Source: Glaucostegus cemiculus
Lineage: Eukaryota
Direction: 5' to 3'
Length of the DNA stretch: 64,000 nucleotides
NCBI GenBank assembly: GCA_976551045.1
Contig: CDPCPM010000233.1
Span: 5,766,001 to 5,830,000, forward strand
The translations under genes were made by a program, and so were the position numbers. The notes beneath the pieces were generated by a model that saw nothing but the letters and a program-made list of their open reading frames with translations, made no database searches and was not told the DNA's origin. Below, in pieces: positions 39,075-52,818 of this stretch (within the stretch, counting starts at the first letter, position 1; each line of letters starts with the position of its first letter).

Positions 39075-39395
39075 CAGTGCAGTAGTGTAAAAGTTAATTG
39101 CCTGACAATCTAAAGGCATGAACTCAAAATATTATTAACATTGAGTTCAAATCCCACCCTGGCAGCTGGATTAAATTCTGGAATTCAAAATCTATTATCA
39201 GTAATGGTGATCAGAGATTACTGGAATTCTTTTAGAGAAAGAAGTTTGCTATTCTTTTCTGGGTTGTTCTGGAGATAACTCTAAACTCTCACCCATGGGA
39301 TTGACTCTTAACTTTAGCATGGCCAGGCAAGCCAGTTCAAGACAATTAAAGACTGGCCTGATCAATAATGCCTGCATCCTGCAAGTGAACAAAGG
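39075..39395 (+). mobile_element. tRNA-derived SINE (SacSINE-like), decayed
   Basis: B-box gagttcaaatcccacc near 39143; tail caattaaagactggcctg...cctgcatcc. Confidence 0.45.
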
Positions 39396-39859
39396 GAAAT
39401 ATAAGTGACCAACAGGACGTGTGTAGAGCCGTGCCATTCCAATGTCTCGTGTCAATTCCCAACACCCTTTATCAGATCATGTTTCACTGCCAAGCAAAAA
39501 ACTGTTCTCCATTCATTGTGAGTGCAACAGTAGAACAGAATCCTTTCTTGAAAAGGCATTTTAAATGTGCATGTTGAAATATATGTGTCCAATCTCAGCC
39601 AAAAATTGTAAGTAGAATTAGCATTTTGGAAATATTAGATCTTTGACATTAATTCTCTGAAGATTGAGACATGTTTCTTTCAAAATAAATTGGGTGGAAG
39701 ATAAAGGTTTCTTGTGCCAAATATATGGAAACCAGTGTGATATAATTTGTTACATGAAACCAGATTTTGCAACTCTTGATTAGGGACCTCGGACTAGTTT
39801 GATGGTGGATAATCTTTCCACTTATAGTTACCTTTTTATAGGTCTTACTGTTTTGGAAG

Positions 39860-42495
39860 ATATAGAACATTGAACATAGAAGAATACAGCACAGGAACAG
39901 GTCCTTCATCCAATGATGTTATGCCGAACTAAATAAATTAGTAATCAAATGCTCAACTAAACTAATCCTTTCTGCCTACACAATATCAATATCCCTCTAT
40001 TTCCTGTATATTCATATGTCTATCTAAGAGTCTCTTGAACACCTTTAACTTATTTGCCTCCATCATCACCCTTGGCAGTGTATTCCAGGCACCCACCACT
40101 CTCTGTGTAAAAAAACTTGCCCCACAAATCTCCTTTGAACTTACCCCCCCTCACCTTAAATGCATGCCTTCTGATATTAGACATTTCAACCCTGAGAAAA
40201 AGATACTGACTGTCTATCTGTGCCTCTCGTAATCTTATAAACCTCTATCAAATCTCCCCTGGGCCTCTGCTGTTCCAGAAAAAACAACCCAAGTTTGTCC
40301 AAACCCTCTTGATAACATCTCTCCTTATAACCCAGTGTTACGAAACCAGCAACAAAAGAAGCACACCAATTTATACCTCAGTGTTAAAACTACTTTATTA
40401 ATAACTACATCCGATAATACGTAAAATAAGAATAAAAAGTTAGTATATTAGTACACAATAAAATGTTAGAATCTTAAACTATAACCCCAAAACTACTCGT
40501 CGTGTGTGTGCGGCAAGTTCCTAAACTCCAAGTCCAGGAATTAGTTCTTAAAGTTCAGTTCAATAAGCCGTAAGATGAAACACGAATAAAGGCTTCTTCA
40601 CAAGCACCGTCCACCGAAGACAAAACATAGATATAGAGAGAGATTAGAGAGGAATCACGAAATCCGAATGTTCCACTCGGAACTCAAACGACACTTCAGG
40701 GCTTACTCGGTAGTAACTTTCTCACCCTGAAAACTCCTTGATCGTGACTGTCCATGCAAATACCTGTGTTCTTCTACAGGTTAGCAGCAAAGTGAATTCC
40801 GTCACTTTGTTCCACAGTATCTGCCACTCTGAAGAGCATCCAAAATGTGGTTGTCCACGCAAACACCTGTGTCCTTCTACAGGTTACCAACAAAGTGAAC
40901 TCCACTGGACTACTCCAGAAATCCATCCATGGATTTTAGTGACAAACACAGTTACTGTCCTTCATCCATCGACAGAAACAAAACAGGCTGCCATCTCTCC
41001 TTCTCTCTCTCCGTCTGTCTGTCTCTCTCTCTCTCTCCTATCTTTTTTCTCTCTTGTAATGATGTCATCACATTAGTCTTATCTTCTGTTGACGTAATAC
41101 GTTGCACACACACACACAATGTCCCATCTTAAAGGGATATTTGCCTATAGTAAGCTACTTCGTAACACCAGGCAGCATCCCAGTTTTCTGCACCCTCTCC
41201 AAAGATTCCACATCCCTTCTGTAATGGGGTGACCAGAACTGATGCAATACTCCAGATGTGGTCTAACCAGAGTTTTATAAAGCTGCAACATAACCTCCCA
41301 GCTCTTGAACTCAGTTCCTCAACAAATAACGCATGCCATACACCTTCTTTACCACCCAATAAACATGCGTAGCCACTTTTAGGGAGCTATGGACTTGGAC
41401 CCCAAGATACCTCTGCTTATCAACACTGTTCAGGGTCTTGCCATTAACAGTGTACTGTCCCTTTACATTTGATATCCTAAAGTGCAACTCATCACATTTG
41501 GCTAGGTTAAACTCTATCTGCCACTTCTCCAGCCACATATGCCACTGGTCTATATCCTGCTGTATCCTTTGGCAGTCTTCTATGCTATCCACAGCACCAC
41601 CAATCTTTGTATCATCTACAAACTTACTAAACTGCCCATCTATGTTTTCACCCAGGTCATTTATATATATATTACAAACAGTGGAGGTCCCAGTATGGAT
41701 CCCTGAAGAACACCACTAGTCACAGATCTCCACCCAGAATAAGTCCCATCAACCAGTACCCTCTGTCTTCTATGGACAAGCCAATTCTGAATCCAAACGG
41801 CTAATTCACCATGGATCCCATGCACCTTAATCTTCTGGATGAGGCTCCCATGAAGGACTGTCAAACGCCTTACTACAATCCATGCAGACAACATCCACAG
41901 CTCTACCTTCATCAATTACCTTCATCTCCTCCTCAAAAAACTCAATCGTTAGTAAGACACGACTTACCCCGCAGAAAGCCATGTTCACTGTCCAGAATTA
42001 GGCCATGGTTTTCCAAATGCTCATAAGTCCTATCCCAAAGAATCCTCTCCAGTAACTTCCCTACTACTGACGTGAGACATCGATCTATAGTTTCCAAGAT
42101 TATTCCTGTTTCCCTTCTTGAATAATGGAACAACATTAGTGACTTGCCAGTCCTCCGGGATCTCATCTGTGGCTAGAGAGGACATAAAGATATTGGTCAA
42201 GGCCCCAGCAATCACATCTCTTGCCTCTCTCAATAGCCTGGGGTATATCCTCTCAGGCCCTGGGGACTTATCCATCTTAATGTTCTTTAAGTGACCCAAC
42301 ACTACCTCCTGCTTTATCTCAAAATGCCCTAGCTCATTAGTGTGCTCCACTTTGATATCCCTATCATCCATGTTCCCTTTGGTAAATATTGATGCAAAGT
42401 GTTCATTTAGGACATCTCTCACATCTGCCACCTCCGGCACATGTTCTCTCTTTTATCCTTGAGTGGTCCTACCTTCTCCTGAGTTATCCTCTTGA
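39860..42495 (-). mobile_element. CR1 LINE RT fragment interrupted by a solo LTR
   Basis: KSPGPERIYPRLL, PEDWQVTNVVPLFKKG, TSGVLQGSILGP in fragmented ORFs; atagaacat tail. Confidence 0.9.
40336..41167 (-). mobile_element. Solo LTR (gypsy/ERV-like), 832 bp
   Basis: Ends TGTTACGAA...TTCGTAACA (perfect 9-bp inverted repeat, TG..CA); CCAG duplicated at 40332-40335 and 41168-41171; removal restores the CR1 sequence; AATAAA on the minus strand near 40394-40399. Confidence 0.85.
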
Positions 42496-42559
42496 CAATA
42501 CCATAAATTTTACGGATAATCAATGTCACTGTACAGTAGCTATAGATGGATAACAACAA

Positions 42560-42745
42560 CAGGAAATGCTGAAAGCTCCCAACAGCTCATCCAGCATCCA
42601 CTGAGAGAGAAATAGAGTCAAAATATCAATCAAGACCCTTTATCAGAACTGGAAAAGTGAGAAAAATAGAATAAAAAGAAGGAAAGTCTATATTATATCC
42701 TCCCAGCATTTTCTGTTTTTGTCTCGGATTTCCATCTTCTACAAA
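42560..42745. repeat. Palindromic Penelope pLTR-derived unit, decayed
   Basis: Minus arm agttCTGATAAagggtcttgatt...; plus arm cccagcattttctgtttttgtctcggatttcc. Confidence 0.5.
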
Positions 42746-44929
42746 TTTTTCCTCCAGCTAGAGTTAAATAGAGGTGAATATAAGACTAATTCAATATTGA
42801 CACCAGACTAGTGAAAAACACTCTGGTCAAGAACTTTTCAAATCCACCTGACAGCAAATAATTCAAAATCAGATGCTAACAACAGGATTTGATTTTTACA
42901 TTTAGTTGAGCTGCCACATATTGTAAAATTGTCTAATTGTTCCTGTCAGCAAATCATGCTTTATGAATAATGTGACAAGCCATGCTCATTCCACCAATTC
43001 ACCTCTCTATTAGGTTTGGCAAAAGGTCATATTGTGCATTTATTTTTTCATTTGTACACCACTAACTCCACAGCCTTCTTAAGTGGTGCAAACTGGAGAG
43101 AATGGAATAGCATTTCATGCTTTGGAAGGTATAAATCATTAAAGCGGTTAGAGGGAGGTGATGCTGGACTGCAATGCTAAACACACATCACTCTCATTGG
43201 TGAGGTGTTATATTTCTCTGACTGAATTCCTCTCAAGCCTGAAAATTGTACACTTTTGTTCAATTGCTTGACATCTACGGAATATCAAGCATGTTATTAG
43301 ATTTACTGATGAATTTTTAATTACCACTTGATGTTGTTAAACTTTAGAGGTAAAATTGTGACTGGGGGAGTGGTTGCTGGATTTAATTCACAAGAACAGG
43401 TTTGTTGACATGTGGCAAGGATTAAATTTATTGAACTTTTGAGAAGCAGTGCAACTCAGCTCCTACACACCCGCTTCCTGATTTAATGGGGGCGTAGATG
43501 AGTGCTAGTCAGGGATTTAATTATTGCAGGTGTTGGTTAATTACTGGCTCAATTAATGCTTTAAAGAGACATTAATGAGTCCTTTTCAAATTGTTTTGAA
43601 CTTGGCCCCAAATTTAACATGCAGCATGGTTTCCTGGGGTACAGCAATAGGGATACAGAGGTGAGTTTTGACAGCAGCTCAGGTGAGTATTTCAACAATA
43701 TTTATTTATTCATGTATTCATTTAGCATTTGCATGTTTTCTAAGCCAAATGGTGGCATTTCTGCTGACCAGATGTTGTTCACAGAGCTCTAGGTTGAATT
43801 CAGTCAGTGGGCATGAATCCAGAATGTGTGCCACAGTTGGATCTGCACCCCAACTGCAAGCTGCTGATGGATATGTTTTGAATTGGCTCAGAACCATCAG
43901 CTGTTAAAAAAATCTATTTGTATTTGCTAAGTGCATCTCTAATTCAACTTTAAACCATATAAAAATTCAAAGGCAGTTAAATTAATTTGTATCCAACTTT
44001 GGATGTGGGGATGATGGTGCGGATTGCTTCCACTGAAGGCAGCACGCTATCTGCATGGTGCCACCAATTACATGATCGCAGCATGCAATCACTGCTTACC
44101 TTATTGCATGTCTTGCAGAGGACAATATCTTGACTGACCAGCATTACCAAAAATAATAGCCAGCAAACTTATAGACAAGGAGGATGTTGATCGCTATTAT
44201 TAATTACTGAAGCCAGAGCAAGTGGTGTTATAGAAATGTCAGAAGATGGCATATCCTCTTAATAAGTCCTTTTTGCAATCCAATTTCCTGCTTCATACAA
44301 TCTTTAGATTTTGCTAATGGCATATGTATACATCTCTTACTTTCCCCTGTCCCTCTCATCACAACTTCACCCTTCTCTTCATCTGGACAGGCAAGAATTG
44401 CAGACAGGGTGGAAGAGCAAAAAGACAATGATGACAGGAAAAAACATCTCTTGATTTTAAACCCCAACTAGCAGCTGAAATTTTGCACAATTCAACAGAT
44501 AGAGATGAAGCCCTCATCTGGTAAAACAACAGGCATGTGGCCTATGCTCTTGCTCTTACATATCATGCAACCAAACTGGACTACTGCTGCCCAATCCATG
44601 CTGATGCAAGCTGAAGCTGGGTATTCTAGACCCAGGGCTGATCAATGATATCTTCCAAGGCCATCCGGTCTACTCTAGAGAAAGTAAGCAGCCTTTCCCA
44701 GCAATGCTGCATCCACCAAGGTCACACTGCTTTGGACAAAGCTACATGGAAACAAGACTAAAGGATAACAAAGAAGATTTTTTTGACTTTCTACTCAATT
44801 GGTCATGCTTTGATTCAGCAATTTAGCTTGGAATATTTTGAGTTTATCTTTCATTTTTGCCTACACTGTGATTGTTAACACAAGAGTAAGAACGTGTAGA
44901 ATCATCAATGCATGAGGAATTGGATTGTG

Positions 44930-45720
44930 GTTACTATAACGATAGTTGGAATAATTAGTCATTAACAGCTCATTCAGGATAAGACTTTCAGGTTTATCTC
45001 CTCTTTCCCTTTCCTCTTCCTCCTGCTTCCCATGAAGTTGAGGTGGGCAACATGCAGCTACCACCATGAATCTTGTCATCTGTGTAGTCGATTATGATGC
45101 AGGCATTAGGAAAATAGTTTACATGTACCAATGTCTTTCTTATCTTATCTTGTGTGGCATTATGACTTTGCATGCACAATGCTCACCTGTTTATGGATTA
45201 CACACCAGAGTAACGGATAGTCTTTGGTTTGTCATAGAGGCAATGTAGTCGGGATTATGATTATGTCAGGATTATAATTATTGCTCTGTTCACATACCTA
45301 ATAGGTACTGTGGGAGAGACTCGCATTTGGTTGTGGCATATCTGAGTTTATATCTGAGGCATTCTGTGTCATGAACAGTCAGCAATATATACGTCCTCCT
45401 GCTTAGAGACCACCTTCCTTTCCTCTTCTTCCCTCCTGTAACAGCTTGTCCTACCACGTATGACCTCTGCTCAATCTGCCCCTCCTACTGTACACTAAAG
45501 GAACTGCACCCAAATGCACACACTTCCCCTAACAACTGATCTGTGCAGAAGTCTTAGGCTCAGCACCCCCTACGTGGTACCTGGCAGATTTTTAGCAAGT
45601 TTACAAAATGTAAAAAAATACAAACTCATGTGTAATAAACATATAAAAATCAGTTTCCAACAAGCCTGCAAGTAAATGATAATTCCTTTTAATGGTGCTG
45701 GTATCCTTCAGAAAGCATGT
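44930..45720 (-). mobile_element. Possible highly decayed PIF/Harbinger DNA transposon remnant
   Basis: TRFMVVAACC...EEEERE loosely resembles the Harbinger transposase C-terminus; no TIR identified. Confidence 0.25.
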
Positions 45721-47353
45721 TCAGCTGTGCAAGATTAAAAGGTGGTGTTAGCTGGGCTTTGAAATACAAAATGGTATCTCAGTCAGTCTACTTTATATAC
45801 TTACACTGGGTGTTAGCTGTGATTTACACACCAAATGTAGGTGCTTGCACTAGATGCTATTTTGAAACAAAAATATTGCTTATTACACAAAAAAATCTAG
45901 GTTTAGTACATTGAATGTTCTGCTGATAGCCTTATCATTAATTTCTAAAACCTTTTTTCATTAGGTGTATTACTGTTACAGGGCTTACATCATTATATTG
46001 AATTGTACTCCACATTTATATGTTAATGCTTATCTATCCTCACTGTTAGTATTATCACATTTCCAAAGTTATAGTGAAATGGGTTTTAAGTTATTTCAAT
46101 TCCAGCTTAGTTGGTGAAAATGCCTATAACTATTGTATCCTTAACCATCCTATTATTATAAATGTTGTATATTCCTTCTTAAAATATCCTTCATGCATAA
46201 TGCACAAGCCTCAATGTTATACACCAATTAAATGTTTACAAATTCAGGAAATCTGATAATTTACAGCTGATGAGCTTTACTCAACATTTTTGGATTGGAG
46301 ATGAAAGAAATTTTTGACAGTGTACAACGTTTAATTTGTTGGGCCTATGTTAAATGAAGTTGGCTTCCTTTTCTTTGCATTACACTCATGCATGCTGCTT
46401 GACACCCAGGAGGGTTTATATTTGGGATATCCCCTTTTTTTCTCAGAGGGTGCATATTTACCCTAAACTTTCTCTACCTCCTTCTTGAATATCACCCATG
46501 GCTCTGCGGCATAGGTATTTTCCCAAGCACTCTTGCTCAATCACCTACCAGGTTTCCCAAAACTGGCTTTAACTCGGATTGTGAACCTTTCCTATTATTG
46601 TGCTGAATCGAAGTGAATTAAGATCATTGTCACAAAAGACTCTTCTACTGATACTCATTCCAACTAACTAGCTCCATTCAGAAATATAAAGCCAAAAAAG
46701 TCACCCCCTCACATTTGCCTTGCTACCTATAATAGTAGTTTTCTTCAATATATTTCAGATTTTTTTCTGATATACATGTAACACTTTCTGGCGCAGTTAA
46801 TGTTTATATCTTTTTTAATGCTTCCTACCTTTCCAAGATATTAGTTTAGGCAAAATAACACAGTGTAGTAATTAGAGAAATAGACCAACTTGAATATCTA
46901 TTTTATTTCATCAAAGTACAGTATTTTTACTTTTATCATTTTATATAAGTGAAGCAGTTGAGTTTCAAACTTCTGTCCAATATTAATCCACTGCTTCATG
47001 GAACATTTTACTTAAATGAAGATATTATTTATGAAAAGATTATGATGTTAAAATTTAATCAATTAATTAATTATAGAAAGCAACACACCCTTTGTTTAAC
47101 CTCATATAAACATATTCCAGACATTTCAAATATTTTCATTGACTGGCTTGACTCTCAGTGAACATTAAGGAATTAGATAATTTCAGTCAATTTTCATATG
47201 GTGAAGTATGGTAGTTTGAGACATTTTAAAAATGTTTTGAATCTGTGAATTGTTTGTAAAATCTTGTTTAATTTACATACGCAAGTGTGACTGATATTTT
47301 AATTTTAATTATGAAGAAATTGATGTGTTCTTGGTGTTTATTTGTCCCTACAG

Positions 47354-47403
47354 CATTACCTACTAAGCAAACATACGTCAGCTACAGTAATCATGCAATC
47401 TGA
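47354..47403 (+). CDS. grm4: Terminal coding exon of grm4 with C-terminal PDZ-type ligand
   Basis: Acceptor tttgtccctacag ends at 47353. Phase-1 join (G|CA) gives ALPTKQTYVSYSNHAI then TGA (47401-47403), matching the mammalian mGlu4a end ALATKQTYVTYTNHAI. Too short for the ORF track. Confidence 0.93.
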
Positions 47404-47945
47404 ATAAACATGACAGTCCCTAAGGGTCTTTCGAGATTTTGCAGTGAAGAAAGACAGATGCATCTTTGGTCTGGATATCCACTTACAGATGCCAGCAAGG
47501 GCCATTGCAGAATTCCCAACAGACTGATAGTAAAAGGATTGTATCCAAGCTTAACATTCATTGGGAGACCCAAAACATCAAGATGACAAACTGCACGGAA
47601 GGAGGATGACAATTCCTGAATCTTTTGATTCCTTGATGATTTGTCAACAGAATTCACTCCCTTTAAATCTTGTGAAGTTGTCCGTGATTGTGTCAGAGTT
47701 GTTTTTATTTCTATTGATTTTGAACTTAATCTATGTGTTGCAAAATGAAATATGTCTAAGTGCTCACCAAATAGATGGCAAGTTAATGTATGTGACAAAC
47801 TGACTGAAAAAAATGTCTGCTTTATGTCCTGACCAATCAAAAGTACAGTGCCTGGTTGTTTATGAATACGTAATGGAAAGTGTAGAGCATGTTCATTTTT
47901 ATACAAAAAAGTTTCTAATAAAATAGTGTTTTGCAACTCTGTGGG
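47404..47945 (+). other. grm4: grm4 3' UTR (approximate end)
   Basis: Repeat-free stretch between the stop codon and AATAAA at 47917-47922. Confidence 0.65.
47917..47922 (+). promoter_or_regulatory. Polyadenylation signal
   Basis: AATAAA with upstream TGTA (47881) and downstream GT/T-rich sequence (gtgttttgc, ctgtggggtttcttt). Confidence 0.7.
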
Positions 47946-50416
47946 GTTTCTTTACAGTGAGTAGAATCTTTTGAGTGAATTGTATGATAGTGGATGTATT
48001 CTTAACATTGAGATGAGTTTTCCCCTTCTCTTTCTTCTATTCCTGTAGGTGGAGTACTTGAAATTGCAATAACTAACCTCTTAATGAGGTTGATAGTTGG
48101 TTGGACAGAACTAAAGAATTAATTCAAACTTATCAGACATAGGTTTAAGCCACATTTGTCTCATGCATACCACTCCCAACCAATTAGTTCATGTGTATTT
48201 CCTGTCAAAATTGGATAATGCTTATGATTAATTTATTTAAATATAATCAGGATTTTGTTTTTCTTTAACATAAATATCAGTTTTGCCTTATGCCTTTATC
48301 TTAAAATACAAGAGGCGATTAGTTCCAACAACATGGGCATGTCAACCCCAGTAAACAAATCATTCTTCGATTAACCGATTAATAATGTACAGAAAACATT
48401 TTCTTTTTAATTAGAAGTTCTTAAGTTTTTCCTATTTCTTTAAAATATCTTGATCTTCATTTTTTGCCAACATGGTTGGAAATGCCAAAGTAGCTGAACA
48501 GAGCACAATGACAGCTTGCACAAGTTAGGATCCCTTCCGATATTTTACATTGTTACAAGAGACAGTGGTGGCTATGGAGTTATAGCAGACACCAAACTGA
48601 AGATAACTGACTTATTTGAGGCAAATCAAGGGGAAAGCAGATGAAGTATGATCTGGTTGTGCCTATTTTCCTGGTGGAAACTGGATGCAAAATGGTTTAG
48701 TCTGGAGGCCTAAACTTCCATGCCTAAACAAACATTGACGGCATATCAGTTCAAACACTCTAGTAGCATTCCCAGCAGGCAGTCATGCAGATATAAATAG
48801 GGACTTCTCAATTTACCTTGAGCATAGCAGTGTTGAGTATACCATGTTTTGGATTAGCCCATTTCCAAGCCTTTAAATAATAACTTCAACATGGAAGACA
48901 CAGCTGACTGCTGTTTGCACCTCCACTCGATTGACTCCCACTGTATCATCTGTCTGAGATCTCAGCATCCTGATTTTGTTTTTCTCTCTCTCTCACTAGA
49001 ATTTACGGCTGCCTTGGGGTTATATATCTGTTGCATATAAGTCATTGTTGCAATGCTAAAAAGGCTGGTGGAGTAATTAGGCCGAATTTCAGTGTAACAC
49101 TGGGCCATAATTTCTTAATCACAATGAGATATTTAGCAACACACTGTGAATATAGGAAAGAATTTCAAAGGACCAGATGTTAATAGAAATAAATAAATTG
49201 ATTGTTTTGTTGCACATTTGGTGTTTTCAAATCATTCAGAAAGGCTTTTGGGTGGTAGTTGTTCAGTTGCAAAACTTGGCAGTTAACTTTTGGACTAAGA
49301 TCTCACAAAGAGCAGTAAGGTATGTTGGCAAGTATACCCCCCTGTTCTTCTCTAAATAATGCAATTGGATCCTTTAACTCTCCCTGAATCAATGAAGACC
49401 AAGCTTCCAATTAGATGTTCATACTTGACACCTGGCAAGGCTTGGAATCTAAAGCTAGTGTGTGTAACATTATTAATTTGCTAGTGCCGTGATAATTAAT
49501 GTCCCGAGGTGTTGCTATCATTAGTGTTTCCACTTTGGAATTTACTATCAGATTTATTGAGGTAACTGCCCAGAAATGCTAAATTAGATGTGACATTACT
49601 GTCACCTCAGATCATTTGTGCTGAGGAACCAATGATACATTTCAGTTTTTTGAAAAGGAAATTAAGAGCCTTATTAAACATTCTTCTAAATTTGAAACAG
49701 TTAACATCAATTATGTTCAATTATTCTTGGTCCTTGTGCTCATGGTTATTAGATATTTTTCAATATCTCAGCAAATTCACAAATGTATTACCATGCACCA
49801 GTTAGATTTGATGCAATTTTTACCTGGTATGTTAATGCCTTGAAACTGTAAGGTGTCTCCCAAATCTTTGAACAGAAGAAGGTTGCAAGCTTATATATCT
49901 TCAGTAACCTTCTAGTGGCTGGTCCAAAATGCATCTCTATTATAATTACAATTAAAATTTAACAATTAGATGCCTCTAAATGCTGCTTTTGTTTTCTTAA
50001 TTACTGTTTCTTTGATTTTCCTAAGATTCTTGCTGAATTGTAAGCACTGTTGCACAGTTTGAAATTTTATTTTATCCATTGAAAATGAGTCAAAAATAAG
50101 TTATTTTGAATAAATTACTTTGCTGATGGCAAAGTAACTTCTTCAGCCTTATTGTGGACGAACTACTCTTCTGAGTCTGGAGTTGTAGATGCAACTAGAC
50201 ATTATTCAATCAATACAAAGATGCAGATGAGACTCTCCCAGAGAAGACACTGAGTTTTATAAGGATGAAAAACAAAGACAATGACTGAAATCAACCAGTT
50301 GCTATCATAACCCTTTATAATTCTTGTTAGTGAACAGGTTACATCTCATTCTCTTGCTTCAGGTATAAGACAGAGGCTTCTTCCCCCTTCCCAACACGTA
50401 TGCAAGCAAGTGCGCA

Positions 50417-50429
50417 TGCACACACGCAC

Positions 50430-50484
<55 letters not shown>
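50417..50484. repeat. (CA)n microsatellite
   Basis: About 30 CA units with a few CG interruptions at the left end. Confidence 0.97.
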
Positions 50485-50488
<4 letters not shown>

Positions 50489-51269
50489 TATCTTAATTTT
50501 CTAATGATATCAAATTCCATCATTTTCATGTGTATGCAGACAAAGCCATTCAGCCCATCTACATATCATCCCTCAGCCATATCTTATTTGTGGGCTTGTC
50601 CCTCCTCAAGGATCCGATGCAATGCACTGCTTTGTTGATTGACATATATGTCAATACTGAACTACATATTCTTCTGTCTCAAATTGGCTGTTACATTTCT
50701 TAGCTTGGTCAAGTAACCCACCATACTTCAGGATTAAGTTATGTTCAGTTGATTATAGTACATATTCAAACTGACATTCTGACCATTAGTATTTAAGTAC
50801 AAACTATAGTGATTACTGAAGGGATTGGATGCTGGTGTTTTTGTGGATAATATTTCTTCAGTTTCTTCTTTACTAAACCATATCTACAAACTATGTCCAG
50901 CAGTAAATGATCATTTACAAGACTGAAAGGAAATTCCAAAGAAAAGTAATTCCAAGGTATAATAATAAACTTTGGATCAAAAAAAGAAAGTATCTTAAAG
51001 TTAGCTACACATAAAATGTACATTTAATTTAGGCAGTGTAATATTAAATAGTGGAAGGTTTTATCTTGCAATAAGAATGGACAAGGAGCTGGATTAATGT
51101 AATGTCTTTCATGACTTCAGTCTCTCAATACACTTGTTTTTCAACCAAATGCTTCTTTGTTAATTTCATGCATTACTCTTCCAGAAAAGTGTATTGTTGC
51201 TAAAAGTTTTGGATGAGGCACTGTCTCACAAGCAATAGTGTGATAAATTGGGAGGCTGATGGATAAGTA

Positions 51270-51430
51270 CTATTTAGGACACCTCTGCTTTGCAGCTTCA
51301 AATGCTACCATGTGATCCTTTACCACCATGGTGCCTCAGTTTAACATCTTGCCTGAAGGATGCATCTCCAACTGCATAGCAATCACTCTGTACAATGTGA
51401 AATGTCCAGGATTTGAACACAATCGACATG
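51270..51430 (-). mobile_element. Decayed Deu-domain SINE (AmnSINE1/SacSINE1-like)
   Basis: ccatgtgatcctttac...gcctcagtttaacatcttgcctgaaggatgcatctccaactg resembles the Deu domain; weaker copy near 49220-49460. Confidence 0.5.
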
Positions 51431-51949
51431 GAGACAAGAGTCCTTTTGCAAAGTCAAATCTGGGACCCCTATCTACCAGTCCAATTCTAATTCAATTTAC
51501 AGTCAAAATATATTCTGGTTTTCTTCAGCACCTGGGAATCAGGAAGTCAAATAATGCAGATACTCCTATTTGTGATTACCACCGAAATGATCCAGGAATT
51601 GTGTGCTTTGCTAAGGAAATCCAGCAGCTATTTTCTTGGTAAGTACACCATTGACATTGAAGGTAGCCATTAACTTAATTACATTCCTTCAAGACGGAGA
51701 CGGGGCATACTAGAAACACTGGTAATTGTTCTAGGTATGGCTGTATGATTGGTAGATTGCTGAAAAAAACTGATGAACATTTTATATTCCCATCTTTTTA
51801 TAATCACCTGCCACAGAAATTAGATTGCCCAATGCTTTGGATGGTGTGTGATTCTGTTTTTGAAAAAAAAGAATGCATTGTGAACAGCATTATTTTCATT
51901 CTAAGTTCCATTATGTGTCTGACGTGTGATGTATTTTGCACCTTGGGTC

Positions 51950-52818
51950 TGATATCCAGCAATTTGCAACATAAATGTAGCTGCTACCTCCAGAATGTTC
52001 ATTGATACAGTAGGATGCTGATGAGCTGGAACATTGGGCAGAAGGTGGCAAATGGAACTTAATTCTGACAAGTTTGGGATGATGCATTTGTAGAGTTCAA
52101 ATTCTGTTAGGACATATGGAGTAAATGGCAGGGAATTTAGGAGCATTGATGTACGGTTTGACCTTGGGATGCAAGCTCCCTAAAGATGACAACACAGGTG
52201 GATAAGATATTGAAAAAGGCAATTGGTATGCTAAACTTCATAGTCTGAAGTATTGACTCTGGGTGTTGGGACGTTATGTTGCAGGTATTCAAAATATTGG
52301 TTAGACTGCACTTGGAGTATTGTGCACAGTTCTGGTCTCCACGTTACAGAAAGGAGGTGGTAACAATAGAGAAAGTGCAGAAGAGATTCACCAGAAGCTT
52401 ACTTGGAATGGAGGGCTGTAGTTATGAGAAGAGATTAGATAGGCTGCATTTATTTTCACTGGAACATAGGAGGCTGAAGGATGATCTTACAGAGGTTTAC
52501 AAAATTATGAGAGGTATAGATAATATAGTTGGTCAGAATCTTCTCTTACGACAGGGTAGTCTAGAACTAGAGGGCACAGGTCTAAGGTGAGAAGGGAGAA
52601 ATTTAAAGGGGATCGGTGGGTTAGGTTTTTCATACAGAGTGTGGTCAATATTTAGTAGAAGCAAATAGTATTATAATATTTAAAGGCATTTAGATAGGTA
52701 CTTGGTTAGGAAAAGAGTACAGGGATATAGGCCTAATGCAGGTTTGGGTTTAGTGTAGATGGACATCATGATCTGTATGGACAAGGTTGTCTGTTTCTGT
52801 GCTGTATGTTTTTATGAC
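51950..52818 (+). mobile_element. CR1 3' fragment
   Basis: LVRLHLEYCAQFWSP...RRLKDDLTEVYKIMRG; ctgtttctgtgctgtatg tail. Confidence 0.88.

Noticed and set aside
47391-47936. 181-aa antisense ORF over the grm4 3' UTR
   Set aside because: Non-ATG start, no recognisable domain; treated as chance.
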